Origin: Amoebidium appalachense
Lineage: Eukaryota > Protista > Ichthyosporea
Direction of reading: 5' to 3'
NCBI GenBank assembly: GCA_963693365.1
Contig: CAVNZM010000007.1
Span: forward strand, 9,173,962 to 9,237,961
DNA length: 64,000 bases
Shown: positions 24,727 through 46,794 of the stretch, one piece after another
Layout of the letters: each line of letters opens with the position of its first letter
Position numbering within the stretch: position 1 is the stretch's first letter
Made by a program: the position numbers and the translations under genes
Notes under the pieces: model-generated
The model's input: the letters and a program-made list of their open reading frames with translations, nothing else
What the model was told of the DNA's origin: nothing
Database searches by the model: none

Positions 24727-25245
24727 ATGAAATCCCTGTCTACTGTTGTTGTTCTTGCGGCTGCCGCCCTGTGTAGCTCGGTTAATGCTCTCACCGTCTC
24801 CAACCCGCACGCTCACTCTAGGATAGATAACAGCGCCATCAAGCATAGACGGTCAAATGACGTCACCTCCGTCACCTGCTCTTTCTGGAAGTTCAGCAAT
24901 CCTTCTACCACGGCCAGTTGCCGTTGGGTGAAAAACCGCAACTGCAACTTGCTCAATAACGGCACGGCAGGAAAGGGATCCGGCTTCTGCAACCCAAAGA
25001 CATGCTGTGCAAAATCACCCACCGGAGGGACCACCAAGGATGTTTTCAAGTATACATGTGCACGTTTTCTTGATGAGACCAAAGGAAAGTGTGCCGGGCA
25101 GGTTGTATCTGACGCGCGAGACATACTCATGGATAGGGCCTGCTCGTGGGGCACCACTGAGTTTGTGTCTAACAGCCTGCCGGTGTGCAGCAACGACTTC
25201 TGCTGCAGCTGGGTGGTGATTCCAAACTACATCACAGGTGTGTGA
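24727..25245 (+). CDS. Secreted cysteine-rich protein (172 aa): signal peptide, KHRR site, two 6-Cys modules
   Basis: Single exon with good Kozak context (GCCATGA); hydrophobic leader MKSLSTVVVLAAAALCSSVNA; two modules of the pattern TC..C..C..C-x4-CC. Confidence 0.8.
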   Translation: MKSLSTVVVLAAAALCSSVNALTVSNPHAHSRIDNSAIKHRRSNDVTSVTCSFWKFSNPSTTASCRWVKNRNCNLLNNGTAGKGSGFCNPKTCCAKSPTGGTTKDVFKYTCARFLDETKGKCAGQVVSDARDILMDRACSWGTTEFVSNSLPVCSNDFCCSWVVIPNYITGV

Positions 25246-26261
25246 TTGGGCCGTGAGCATGCTGACCCATCACGTGCTGCATAAACGGTCAATTTGGTTC
25301 GTTATACCAGCATACTTCTTTGCAAAGGGAGGTCTAAGGACACGGTTGGATGCCGTGTTGTATTGAACTTCGTTAGAGAACTAATGGCGATGTTGAGGCT
25401 GCTCCCTGCTGCATCCCTGCACCCCTCCTCCCATCCTCCCCCCCCCCCCCCCCCCCCCTCCCCGCCCTCCAAACATCCCCTAACCCCATCGCTGCCTCCC
25501 TCGTTTGTGTACATACTCTTAATCCATTGTTCACCACCGACCTCTTCCTTCCACTATCCCATCCCAAGCCCCCAAGCCTCACCCCGTCCACAGGTCCCCC
25601 CCTTCCCCCCTCCCTCTCCCCCATTATGGGCCTTACTCTTCCATACAGAAACACTGACAACACAAATTACATCCCACAGGAGAGAGCGGCCAATCATCTG
25701 TGCCTTCACCCAACCATCAACCCACCCCCAACACCCCAAATCCTGTGGATTCTTCAGTGAAAAAGGTCCCCTCTGTTGCCATTTTGGAGCAAAACTATCT
25801 CCTTACACCTTGGAGGGTGCTCGATAAGGTTGGCACCGTGGCCCCCCAGACTATTGGCGGCACACGAAAGGTGTGAGTCAAGGCGCACTGAATTGCAGGG
25901 GTAGAATGGTGAATCTAGAACTGATGATGTTTTTTTTTTCTTGTTTTTTTTTTATTAAAAATGATGTAATTAGGTGTACATTGATTTTATATTTGTGCCT
26001 AAAAGCTGCCGTTTCTAGAGAGGATTTGCAGTTGGCAAACACATGCCTGCGGTTTAAACAAAACTTTCAAATCACTCTTGGAGTTTGGCATAAAAGACAA
26101 GCTGGTGACCTACCGTTAACTACTGCCCGATCCCGGGCTCTCACCCCCCGTCATACTAGTAGAAGACCCCCCCCCCCCCCCCCCCCCCCCCCTCCCTCCC
26201 CGGCCCATCGTCCCCCCGGGCCTTTGCTCCGGGGCCCTTTGCTCGGCACACCCGCACCAAA

Positions 26262-26337
<76 letters not shown>

Positions 26338-26496
26338 CATGTGCGTGTATCGCCATAACTTACCAGCGCACACAAGCACACGTTCAAAAAATCCGACTCC
26401 CAACTTGTTGATATAGACCAGTGCCAAACTGAATCGAATTCACATGTCAGGTTCATCAGAGCAGAGTAGAAACTACACATACACCCGACCCCCCCT

Positions 26497-26530
<34 letters not shown>

Positions 26531-26932
26531 TTAACTACCACCACCACCAGCACCACCCCCACCCCCACCCCCACCGAGAGGCCTCCCTCTCCTCTCCGGC
26601 TGGTGCAGGGAACGAATTGGAGGTCCAGTTCAAAGGCAGGAGGTTAAGTTCGAAAGGAAAGGGGGAGAAAGAGAAGGTCAAAAAGAGAACTTCGGGGGAG
26701 CTTCCTGGGGGGCAAGGGGGGGGGGGGGGGGGGGAGGAGGGGGGGGAGGGGGGGGAGGGAGGGAGGGAGCCTGAGGGGGTTCCGGAAGAAAAGGGCGGAA
26801 ACAGAAAAATGGTGGCCATTAATACAAAACGGGAAAGGCCCCTGTGCATGAAAAATAAGGCCGAGCGTTCATGTGGTAAAATCAGACAGTAGCATAGAGC
26901 ATTGTGTTTGTTTTAGTGCCGTGACCATGCAC

Positions 26933-26981
<49 letters not shown>

Positions 26982-27558
26982 AAAAACTTGAAACACGCAC
27001 GCACGCACGCACGCACGTACACACACACACAAACATGTATGCGCACACATGCACGCACGTACACACACACACACACGCACACTCCCTCTCTCTCTCTCTT
27101 TCTCTCACCCACCCACCCACCCACCCACATGTACACACGTACACGCACACACACAAACACATGTACGCTGCAAGAACTCCAAGTTCAACCACAGAAAAGC
27201 ATACGAATGGAGATTCTGACGGCTTTACTTAACGGTTTCAACATTCATCTATATTCATTGCATTCACAACATTTTAGGCAGGCATGATGCCTTGCACTGC
27301 CAGTCAACTACTATACACCAAATAATACAGGCATTCGTCAAAGAATCGGATATGTGGCTCCTTCATGTGAAGTGCTGTAATCTCAGTAAGCAAACCCTAA
27401 TCACAAACACCATTTTAGTTTAATTTCAGCACCGTATAACCACCAACGAACCACCTACTCATACATGCATACAAACCCAAGAACCCCCCCCCCCCTCCCC
27501 TCCCCCCCCTCCCCTTCCCCCCCCCCCCCCCAAAAAAATAAAACCAAAAACAAAAAGG

Positions 27559-35594
<8,036 letters not shown>

Positions 35595-35799
35595 TTTTGC
35601 GCACTAGACGGATACCTAAACGTGTACGAGGTGGCATTTTACACTAGCTATGCTATGAGGATGCATTTAAAAGGGACTCATTTCCTGGCTAGTAACATGA
35701 GACTCCTGCAGCGCTCACTTATACTGTGCACCCTACAACTGCTGCAAATCTAGCCGTCGGATGACAGGCAACTCGGAGTGTATTGTTGCGCAAACTGTT

Positions 35800-35841
35800 G
35801 CTATAAATAGATTATTGGCATACAGATGGTCTATTTATAGC
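35800..35841. promoter_or_regulatory. Inverted pair of CTA(A/T)4TAG (MEF2/Rlm1-type, TATA-containing) boxes in a divergent promoter
   Basis: GCTATAAATAGA (35800-35811) and its exact reverse complement TCTATTTATAGC (35830-35841), between the head-to-head ZnF and nitrobindin start codons. Confidence 0.55.
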
Positions 35842-36078
35842 CCTCCTGTTTATATCATCCCCCGACCAAGCCTGCACGGCCGGTAGTCCGTGCCCGGAGT
35901 ATTTTTTCCTAATGTTTTCCTGCTTGTTGTTATGCATATGTCGTGTACCGTGTGGTGTGGATTTAATGACTACGCATTTCTTATAGAGGTCAAATTAGCA
36001 AAGCAGGTCTACTGCTTTATCAAATATCCAGTTCGTTTTACTTTTTTTCGTTTGCATACGACGCCAGATCTAGACACC

Positions 36079-36761
36079 ATGGCAGCAAGAACAGTGATCC
36101 ACGACCTGATGAAACCATATGCCTTTCTTCTGGGCACCTGGGTGGGCACCGGAGAGGGCTTCTATCCCACAATTTCGAGCTTCCTATACAGGGAAGAAAT
36201 AACATTCACCAATAATCCACTAGGAAAACCTGTATTTTCATACACACAGAAAACTTGGAACCAGGCAAATGGCCAACCCATGCATTCCGAAATGGGCTTC
36301 CTCCGTGCTCATCCTAACGGACAGGGCTGTGACTTCAGCATTGTCCAGGTGAGCCTTCTCTCTGCTTCCTTAAACGTCTTTGTAACCCCTTCCCAAACCC
36401 CCCTCCCCTCAACCCCACCCACCCACACACACACACGCACACCGTGGTTCCACATGGCCTTAGATGTGTCTGTCACTAGCACCAGTCTGATCTAGCACCA
36501 GTCTGATCCTTCTTGCAGGTAACGGGCATCACCGAAATCGAGCAAGGCAAACTTCTGGATGCACACACACTTGACCTCAAGAGCACGCACTTGGGACGTG
36601 GTGAGTCCGGAAAACACCCTTATGCAACGGGGGTGGAAAGGACGTTTAAGCTGCACGAGGACGGGTCACTGAGCTACACACTGCGTATGTCCACGGAAAA
36701 CACACCACAAATGACGGACCATTTGAAGGCAATATTCCAGAAAAAGCAGGAGGCTAATTAG
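36079..36761 (+). CDS. THAP4: Nitrobindin / THAP4-like heme-binding beta-barrel protein (DUF1794; 2 exons, 170 aa)
   Basis: Exons 36079-36348 and 36519-36761. Motifs: LLGTWVGTGEGFYPTI, YREEITF, GKPVFSYTQKTW, PMHSEMGFLR, TGITEIEQG, and C-terminal TDHLKA (heme-ligand His). Confidence 0.92.
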
Positions 36762-37737
36762 TGAAGTTTGGCTACTATGGTTGGCACATCAGTAGCAGAC
36801 TGCACAGAGACATTTGTGAACACAGCCGGATACATTCTTTTTACTTTCCTCGGTATTCGACCGAATGGCTTTTCTAAACATGACTTGTTCATCATTCTAC
36901 CATATTGTATCGCAATAGTTTACCTTGCTGATTTGTCCGCCTACTCAAATATGTGCAACGATGAGGAGCTTGTGTACCACGTCTATTAAATAAGGTGTTA
37001 TGAAGGTTGTCAGTTAGCTTCAGAACCTCTGTGCAATAACTTCTAGCTGAAGTTTAAAATAACCAATTAATACAATACTTACATAGTCTTTTTACGTGTA
37101 ATGACGTCAAGGCCATTCTATGTAAAGTGTGAACGGAAGCATTTGTTAGGTTGGCGGGTGGGCAGGGTATGGGGGTGGTGGAGGAGGGGGGGGGGGGGAG
37201 GGGGGGGGGGGGTTGACAGGTGGGTGGGTGGGTGTTGGGGGTGGGGGTGGGGGGGGTATTGGTACCGTGAGCCAAGGTTGCCAGGGAGAAGGGAGGGTAG
37301 CCCATGGCCACCAGTGACTGTGTGTATGGGAACGGGGCGGGGTTGGTGGTGGTGGTGGTTGGGGGGGGGGGGGGGAGGGGCCACACCTGTGCTACGGTTA
37401 CCCGAGGGAGTCAACAAGGCCAGCCGAACTCGAAGGGGGAAGGGTGAGGGGTTACCACCGAGTCGGTGTGTGCTATGTTAACATTACGTTCTACTGCCCC
37501 CCTCCTCCCCCCCCCCCCCCCCTTTCCCCCCTCCCCCCCTTCCCCTTTCTCCTTGGCCTTTGACACTGCAGTAGCACGATCTGTTTTGAGAACACACACC
37601 CACCCACACACACGGTGGCATGCAAAAACGCACAAACAGACAACCACACGGCACGCATACATGTACACACACAGTTACACATCGTGTTACCGTGGCACAC
37701 AAACACCCACGTACGTACGTACGTGCGCGGGCGCGGG

Positions 37738-37779
<42 letters not shown>

Positions 37780-37832
37780 AACACGCACACACACACACAC
37801 AAACACACATACACACATACACACACAGGCAA

Positions 37833-37890
<58 letters not shown>

Positions 37891-38977
37891 ACGCAATAAA
37901 ACTCAAAGCCAAGTGTCCCCCCCTCCCCCCCCTCTCCCCCTGGCTCCGTTTTCGATAAAACAAACAAAACAAATTTGCACAAGGCAAAATAAAACAAGTG
38001 TTTGTTTTCAACCTTATTAACAGGACTTTTTCAATACCAGAGTAAGAAAATGGCGCTGTTCTGAGCAGTCTTCGGCCTCGAGCGGTGTCTTTGCAAACAC
38101 GGTCAACGTTTTTATTTGTTTGTCGTTCGCCCGTTTTATGGTGTTTACAGTGTTTGCGCAAACCATGTAACGTTTTGTCAATGACGTCTATCTGTTTTGA
38201 ATCCCCCTAGAGCTGAAACGTAAGCATTCTTTGTGCATGCCCAGATCTAGACGGCGGACGCGAATGATTTTATCGCTATCTCATGGGTAAGATACAACCT
38301 CCGTATCTACCATTTTAGCGGCGAGAAGCCGAGAGCCACATTTCTCAGATGTGGCTCACCAATCAGGAAGAGTTATCATATTGCCGATGTCGACGCGTAC
38401 GAGAACACATGACTGTATGAGTTCGCAGCAAAGTTTCAAGCAAAGCGCCAAAACGGCTGCGTGATAATTGTTAACAAATGACGTCACGCCCGCGATTGAA
38501 TGACAGTTTCGATAACTTATAATAATAGCCGGCGCCAGGGCAATTTGGAGTCCTCGATCGGATCGACCTCGATCGTGTCTAAAATGGTAGATGCGGACCT
38601 TGGTTTAAAAAGAAGAATACTACAAAGCATCGTGACACAATTACCTTAATTAATGCATGTTACACATATCCCGGACTACAGTCGCACTGTCGACTCTGGC
38701 CGACCGTGGTCCGCCGCCAGACACGGCGTGCTTTTAACCATCACCCTAGAGTGCATTCTTGGTGCATGCACATTAGTAAGTGAAATGTTTCATAACACAG
38801 ATATAGGAGCGAGATATTAGAAACATCTCTTCACAGCACTCGGGTGATCTTCACTTGGGTAGATCAAAAAGAAGAAAAAATAATGCACTAAGCTTTCGAA
38901 TATCACATTAGACGAGACTTCACTTTCACTTCGATCTCTTAGCTGTCACGTCAACTTTTTTTTCCCGATTCTTCACC

Positions 38978-41900
38978 ATGGCAGGTATATAATAAAGACT
39001 TTCGTTTCTTCTTTTTGTGGTTGGAGGGAGTCCCATTCAGGGGAACGTAACTGCAGCGTGTGTGTGGTGTGGCCTGGTGTATTCCTACTGCTGTGAGAGT
39101 GTGGGGGCATCTCTCTTCGCGGAGTTTCTCGCTTGAGAAGTGGTTTCTTCAACGCCGGCGCCTGGTGGTTGTAACCTAGTGGTCCACTGCAACCTATATA
39201 TGGTAACTTCTACACGCTGTCTACGCTTCTACGCGACCTATTGGCGGTGGGCTGCTGCAACTTCTTCAGCTACTTCTGCGCTGCGTGAGTGGAGCCTCAG
39301 GGGCGGCTACTTGGTCGTCGGGGAGCTTTCAAAGTGACTGCCAGTCCTTAGCCTCCAGTCGAATGGCAATGACCGGGTTTGCTTGCAAGCATTCTGTAAT
39401 AATTGTGTTTTTCTGTGTGTCCTGCCACAACTAGGCCACCTTATCAGAGAGCTAGATGCAGTTTCTCCGGAACGGTTATCTAGGGGCCGGGCTCGTTGAG
39501 ATTGTTTTTTAGCTCAGATTTGGTCTGCATTGCTCTTTTAGAGGCCGACTTGCTTGCTGTGCCTCGAAAGGTTTTGAGGGGCGATTGTTGGGAAGGAGCA
39601 GTAATGATGTCATCTTGCGGAGTGTGGTCTGGTCAACATCGATGCATATGACTAGTTGGAGCAAACTAGTTTCACGCATACACGTACACTTAGGGTTTTG
39701 CCCGCTGGTGTCCTTTGTCACTTGTCGCTTTATTTTTATTTCGTAGCTTTGGCTTTTTCAAATCTATTGGTGGTTATGTAGCCTGTGGCTGCACGTTGCC
39801 TTCATCAACGGATCAATAAACCCGAGTCAAAAGAAACTAAATTGTTAACCAGGAGCATCAAACAATCATATTAAAATTTTGCATGCATAGATATCCATTC
39901 ATTACAATTAAATTTCGTATGTAGGTGGGGGGTTTACACACTTTTTATTGATCAGGTGCACATTGAGATAACTTCTGTAAATTACGCCCGGTATATAGGC
40001 CATCGGCCGTTGGGCCACGTGCACAACGTTTGCAAGTGGCCGCAATGCACGGCGGATCCACCAAGAGTTGCACAAATACAGGTAAAAATTATACCATTCA
40101 TATGATAAACAAAGAAGTTCTATATCTTTCTGCGTTTATTATAATAGTTTATCTCTATCTCCTGCTTTTAGAGACAGAGGCCGTGCAGTACACTGTGGAG
40201 TGTGCACCACATTCCTTACTCACGACCGCTGATCTGATCCTGCTCTAAACCAATCAAATCCTGAGTACTCGCATGCCAACGTATTTTATCACGATTCAGG
40301 TATCAAGGACATAGCTATAAAAAGGCCATGTAACGCTCTGAGCCGCAGTTCAAACTGGGGTGAAAAAACTGTGTATTCATACTGTGGTGTTGGATATTCT
40401 CATCAGCCGAGTTTGACATAGGTAAGCTGGGTCGTGTCTGTTTACATATGGCTGGTTTGTCATAATAGATGACTGTTTTGTGCCAGCATGTTACCGCTCC
40501 GTAATTCCAATGTGAATGAGTCGTGGGAGCCATTGGGTGGTAGGTACTATTACTCAAGAATGTCTATCATCAAAAGATTGTTCGTGTGTGAACAAGTTAC
40601 TGACACAGCCACAAAGCACACACATCGGACTAACTTGGAGTATGTACTGTATTTGAACTGTTCAGGATCTTGCCAGCCTTCTGCTGCATCACTCTGTGCA
40701 ATAGTATTAACTCACAGGATGACTTGGACGCAACCTGAATACTATTCAGGCACAGGCACATAACAGTTGTTCTCCTGCAACAAATTACCCATATGACAAC
40801 AAATTGCTAATAACAAGGTCGTTTTCTTTTCCTTCAGGCAAACGAATGTTTCAGTGCATCCATCTGCTAAGTTGCTTGCTAACTTTATAGCCTCTCTGCA
40901 TGGCATGCTCAAGTGTCAGAACTAACATCACTTCTTATCTCAACAGGACCTTTTGGCAGCGTTACCCCACCAGAAACCACCGTGACACCCACGCCTTCTT
41001 TCAAACCACCACGCACCATGGCTTCCACACCAACCATCGCACCTACCACTGTTCCGCCCGGCACAGCTAAGAATGAGGGACATGGCCCGCGCAAGGTTGT
41101 TCAAGCAGTGTCTGCCGGCCTGGCCTCAGCAGGTAAAGGCCTGCAGGCTGCAGCAGGCAGAGTGGTGAGTCCCATGCTCAGCCGGAGTGCCTCGGGGGTC
41201 GATGAGAATGCAAGGGAGCCAGTTCCTGCCCAAACCAGCCCCCAGGACTCGGGTGCGGAGGATCCAGACACCAGGTACCCCTCCACCCCTTACTGGTCAA
41301 GGCAGGTGACCATCTCCCCTTCCCCCCTCCCCCCTCCCCCCCCCCCCCCCCCCCTCCCCCCTTCCCTCCCTTTCCCTTTACCACCCCCCTTCCCTCAAGT
41401 GTGTTCGTGCCACGCGCTTTGTAGACAGTCAAGTGTGTGTGCTCGTGCGGCCCACGTTTCCCCCCCCTCATGCCTACCATTCCCCTCCCTCTATTATGAA
41501 TCTTTCACATTGGCCTTCCCTCACATCGTCCCCCTCCCCCCTCCCCCCCCCCCCCCCCCAGGGGCCCTTCCCCTACCCCCCGACGGTAAGAGAGAAGGGG
41601 GTGGGGGGGGGGGTACCCAAGCCCACACCCCCAGGATCTCCACAGACATGAGCGAACATACAAAAGAAGGAGAGAAGTTCCGGTGAGAACAAGTTGGTGC
41701 GCACAACATTACCCTATTCGTCGGATGTTGCTATTATTCCTTTTGAGGCACAACGTTTGGATCATCCTCCCTGCGCTGTTCTAAAACCTCTGCATTCTAT
41801 TGACCATGTTCTTTGTTTTCTTCTCTGTTTGCGCTGGGCTGCATCCAACTAAATTCTGACCTCCCCCCCCCCCCCCCTCCCCTCCCCTTCTGCCACTCTC

Positions 41901-42388
41901 CTCCTTTCACTTCCTCCCCGCCTCCTCCCCCCCAACCATCACCACAACGTGCTCCTCTACACACCTACCCACACAAAGCTCCAACGAGGGCCCTAAAGAG
42001 AAGGTGCAGACCAAAACGAGCATCGGCAAGAAAGTGATAGATGCTCCCGTGGCAGTCAAGACGGCAGTCCTCAAGAAACTGGGCATGGGCCAATACAAAG
42101 CGTCACAAAAGTGGGTGCACCAATCACATGCTGGTTGTTGAATATGTGGGTGTGTGTCTGGTTGGGGGGGGGGGGGGGGGGAGGAGGTGGGGGAGGGTTT
42201 TGTGTGTGTGTGTGTGTGTGTGTGTGAGGGTGCCTGTGCGGGTGTGGGTTGTGAAGGAGTGGCTGGCGCGGTGTAGCGAATGGGATTGATCGGAGGAATG
42301 CGTTGCTGGGTTATTGGTATGGTGTTTGTGGGGGTTGGTGTAGCACGCCATAGGTAGGAAAGGGGGAAAGAAAGAACGAAAAGACGAG

Positions 42389-42439
<51 letters not shown>

Positions 42440-42541
42440 AAGGCCTCTTGCTAGCCAATTTGTTTTCTTCGATGCATCGAGTTAACTGTTCGCTTGTCTA
42501 AGCAAAGCCCATATTTGAGTAGCTCATTTTTTTCCGCTACA

Positions 42542-42589
<48 letters not shown>

Positions 42590-43845
42590 AAAAAAAAAAA
42601 TAGAAAAAAGATTTTATAAGGCCTTTAGCCCAAGCATGCATCCTCCGCACCTTTTCGGCCCCCTACGCTTCAGCGTATGTGTGTGTTTATGAGCCGATTG
42701 CTGACATGTGATTTTGTGGCCGCAGGGGTGTGGAGGAGGTTGCCGAGGTCAGTGCGGAGCAGAAGATGTTTGAGACGTTCTCGGTGTGGCTGCAGGCCCA
42801 GAAGCTCAAAGACATCAAGACACTCCCCGTCACCCTGGACGTCCCTCCTGGTAGAGTTCTCCCTCCCCCTCCCCTCCCTCCCCCCCCCCCCCCTCCCCCC
42901 CCTCCCTCCCCCCCCCCCCCCCCCCCCCCCCCCCAAACACACACACACATCATCTTGCACACACATGAACACGCATGCACACACACACACACACTTGTTT
43001 CGACCCGGTGCCATTCTCACAGCTTCCCACGTTGGTTCCTACTCTTCTCTTTCTTCGTGTATTCTAAATCACTGAAAGAAAACTACACGCGTCGCTCGCA
43101 TATAAATACTGCTCATCCTCCCTCCCCCCCCCCCCTTCCTGCCCCGGCCCCCACCGCCCAAGCATGCAAGCACACATGCGTGAGCGCACATGCACGCGCA
43201 CACAAATATACACCGAATGTACTCGCCCCCCCCTCCCCCAACACACACACACACACACACACCACACCCTTTTCTAGCCTTCCCCCACACACAATATAAT
43301 TCTGCACCCTTTTCTAACCTCACCCTTCCCCCGCCCCCCTCCCCCCCCTCCGCCCAACGCACACACACACACACACACACACGATGCCCCGCAGGGTTCA
43401 AGGTTCCCGCCTGGGACAATCCGGACGGTGACGAGGTCAAGCAGGTGAATGTGCTGAAGCGCTTCAACTCGCGCAAGCTGCCACACCTGCTTGAGTTTGT
43501 GAATCTTGCCGGGGAGTGCAAGAAGTACATCTACAAGCAGGATGACGACATCAGCATGGACGCGTGCGTGCTCAAGATGATGGGGTTTGCCAACAAGATC
43601 TGGGAGGAGAAGGGTTTGAGGCCACGCATCCACACGTACAAGGTCATTGCGTGCAGTGACATGACTGGCTTCTGCGAGGTCGTGCCGGGTACGTGTTTTT
43701 TTTTGGGGGGGGGGGGGGGGGGGAGAGGGGGGGGCGGGGGTAGGGGGGGGGGGGGGGAGGGGGGATGTGGGGAGAGATGGGAGGTTCAGGTTGGGTTAGA
43801 ATGATATGGGAATGAGGAGACGGGGCGAGAGGAGGAAGGAAGGAA

Positions 43846-43877
<32 letters not shown>

Positions 43878-44317
43878 GACGGTGAATTCAGGTTTTTGGT
43901 AGAGGGAATGGACAGTCAATAGAAGTGCTCGATGGATGTTAACATTACGCGGGTGGGCGAGCGGGTGACCGAGGAGAGGGGAGGAAGGGGGGGGGAGGGA
44001 GGGGGGAAGGGGGAGGGGGCAAACGGGGAAGAGGGGGTAACGAATAAAGAGATTTTTTATTTGTCTGCACTCTGTTGCATCCATATATACTTGCAACACA
44101 TCCGGCTACCGAAATACTCTTGGGCATGACGAGATCCTCCATTCCACCACATTCACTGGGCATACAATACTTGGCGCATAGCTATACACACACAAGTGGG
44201 ACAGACAGGGCGGCGCGGCGCGGAGCCGCGGGGGGGGGGGGGGGGGGGGGTGGGGGGAGAGAGAGAGAGAGGGAGGTTCTGGCAGAGACCGCTTACACGA
44301 TGTCTGTGCACACACAG

Positions 44318-44348
<31 letters not shown>

Positions 44349-45655
44349 TCCACACACACACATCCACAAACACCCCCTTAATGGTGTACATCTCCTACCC
44401 CCCCCCCCCCAAAACCTGCCCCCGTTCTCCCCCCCCCCCCCCCCCCCCCCCCCCTCCCCGCCCTCTCACCTTTCCCCACCCACCTACCCACTTCCCTCAT
44501 CACCACCACCACCAAAACCACCACCACTTTTTTTTTTTTTTTTTTTTCCCTCCAAATTCACAGGCGAGACGATGCTCAAGCTGCACGCCAAAGAAATGGA
44601 CGAAGTTCTAGGGATGGACATGGACAAGTGGCAAGCATTCCTCAACAGTATCATTGCCGTGGCCGTGCTCACGTGTGCCTTTGATATTACCGACCGCCAC
44701 CACAACAACGTCATGCTTAGCCCCGACGGTAAGCTCGTGCTGATCGATCTGAGCGCGAGCCTTGGGTATAAGGCGCCCTTGGATAAGAACCTCAAGATGA
44801 ACCCCGTGTACCTGCCTGACCGCATCAGGAAGGTGGGTGCACATGTGATCACTATGCCCCTCACATTTCCATTTCCCGGTCCCATTTCCATTTCACCCCG
44901 CACATTTCCAGTTCCCCGTCAGATTTCCGCTATGTGCATACACGTGGTGCTGCGGGCAAAAGCTGAAATAGGTGACTCACAAGAATGATTAATATTGAGA
45001 AGGCAAGCGCCGGGGGGATGGGGGGGGATGGGGGGAACCTTCTTGTTGCTTGGTTAGCTGCGTTGTGAGCACGACGTCTGGTGAATACGAGGTAGGGAAA
45101 AGGTGTAGAGAAAGGAGTCGGTGATTTTGTTTCTGTTTTTTTTGCCCCGTGGGGGGGGGGAGGGGGGGGGGGGGGAGGGTGGAGGGGTTTGGGGAAGGAG
45201 CGTTGGGGGGGGGGGGGGGGGGGGGGGAATGTTCTGAGGATTTTAAGGTGGGTAAGGGGGCTTATGAGATGACCAATCACGATAATCGTCAATTAGATTT
45301 AAATAACCGCTGTGATTGGTTACAGACTGGGTTTAAGATCCGCGACAAGGCCAACACATCGGACCTGCAGCACGAAGTGGCCGAGTCGTTCAAGACGAGA
45401 CGCTGGAGCGACATTGAAGAATACATGATGACGGGATACTACGCACTGTACAACGACCGGCGCCTGGAGAAAATTCTCGAGGATGTAAATTACAAAATGC
45501 CGAAACCCCACGTGTTTTTGGGGTTCTTGAGGGATCGCAAGCACTTGCCGCAGTTTAAGGAGACACTGAGGAATGATATTGTTGAGACGATGGACAACAA
45601 TGCGACGGTGAATAAGATGGTGGCGGCTATATGCTCGGTGGTACCCATGAACTAA
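38978..45655 (+). CDS. Atypical stand-alone PI3/PI4-kinase-like protein (8 exons, ~510 aa)
   Basis: Exons 38978-38984 (ATGGCAG), 40947-41274, 41635-41682, 41979-42110, 42726-42850, 43395-43688, 44564-44832, 45326-45655; phase-compatible. Motifs: FNSRKLP, YIYKQDDDISMD (cf. KxGDDLRQD), TYKVI..GFCEVVP, DRHHNNVML, IDLS (DFG position). The 5' exons are less certain. Confidence 0.82.
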
Positions 45656-46194
45656 TTTTATCGATGGCGGATCGGTTGCAGCGATATTTTAGATGCGATT
45701 GGCGCTCTGGAGGGAATTGCTATTCGTCCCCATGCATATTATGATATGAAGCGCTTTAACGTTGCTAAACTGATATTGATAAACAAAGATGACATGTGCA
45801 CGACGGAAGCATAGAAGGGTGAGATTCTGTTTTGATGTGATTGTGATATTTAAGCAAGATTGGTAATCGTAAACATAGAAGCTAGCCCTGGGCGTGCACC
45901 CATGTAGGTGTCATAAGCTCGCAGGTGAGTATACTAAGCACCACAAGGCAGAAATGATATCTCTCTCTCGTTCTCTCTCTTTTATTTGCATATAGAAGAG
46001 GCACATGTATCGTTGAATCAGGTACAGTGTCCTTTTTCATCGTATAATAGAGAAACCGAATGCCATACACTGAAATGACGAAAAAAATTAATACTATGGC
46101 ATAAACAATGATGTTGGACATATCTTGATAAAGCAGATCACTGCCATACAAATAATAATTCAAATTGAATAAATTTCCTGGTCGGGTGTACTTC

Positions 46195-46225
<31 letters not shown>

Positions 46226-46702
46226 AAAAAAAAAAAGAAAGAAAAAAACTCAACGGAAAATTTTGCACCTGCGCGAGTAGCACCTTAGAATTGACCGCCC
46301 CCTCCTTTCCCCCTATGTATCTCCTTCACCGGCCTGACCTCTGGGCCCAGCGCTAGACAGTGACCGGTACCCTGTACGCACATACCGGGGGGCGGGGGGG
46401 GGGGGGGGGGGGGGGGGAAGGGGGGGGACAACTTTGTGTGCGCGTTATTTGTGTTTCATGATGCAAGCACGTGTGTGGGCCAGAGGGGCGGAAATGTCCC
46501 GCAGGTGGTCTTCGAGGAAATTATGAAAGGCGGTCGCGAGGGGACGGGGAGGAGACAGCGAGTGAGACAGTTAGTGGACGGCACTGAGTATGCCTGTTGT
46601 GTACACTGTGTTGGTGTAATCCTTGTTAGTCCCGTGAGAGAACCGTTGGGTGGGTTCGTGGTGATGGTGGTGGTGGTGTGTGCGTGTGTGTGCCTGTGCG
46701 TG

Positions 46703-46748
<46 letters not shown>

Positions 46749-46749
46749 C

Positions 46750-46794
<45 letters not shown>

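Noticed and set aside
36476-36507. 16-bp direct duplication CTAGCACCAGTCTGAT in the nitrobindin intron
   Set aside because: A simple local tandem duplication with no intervening element.
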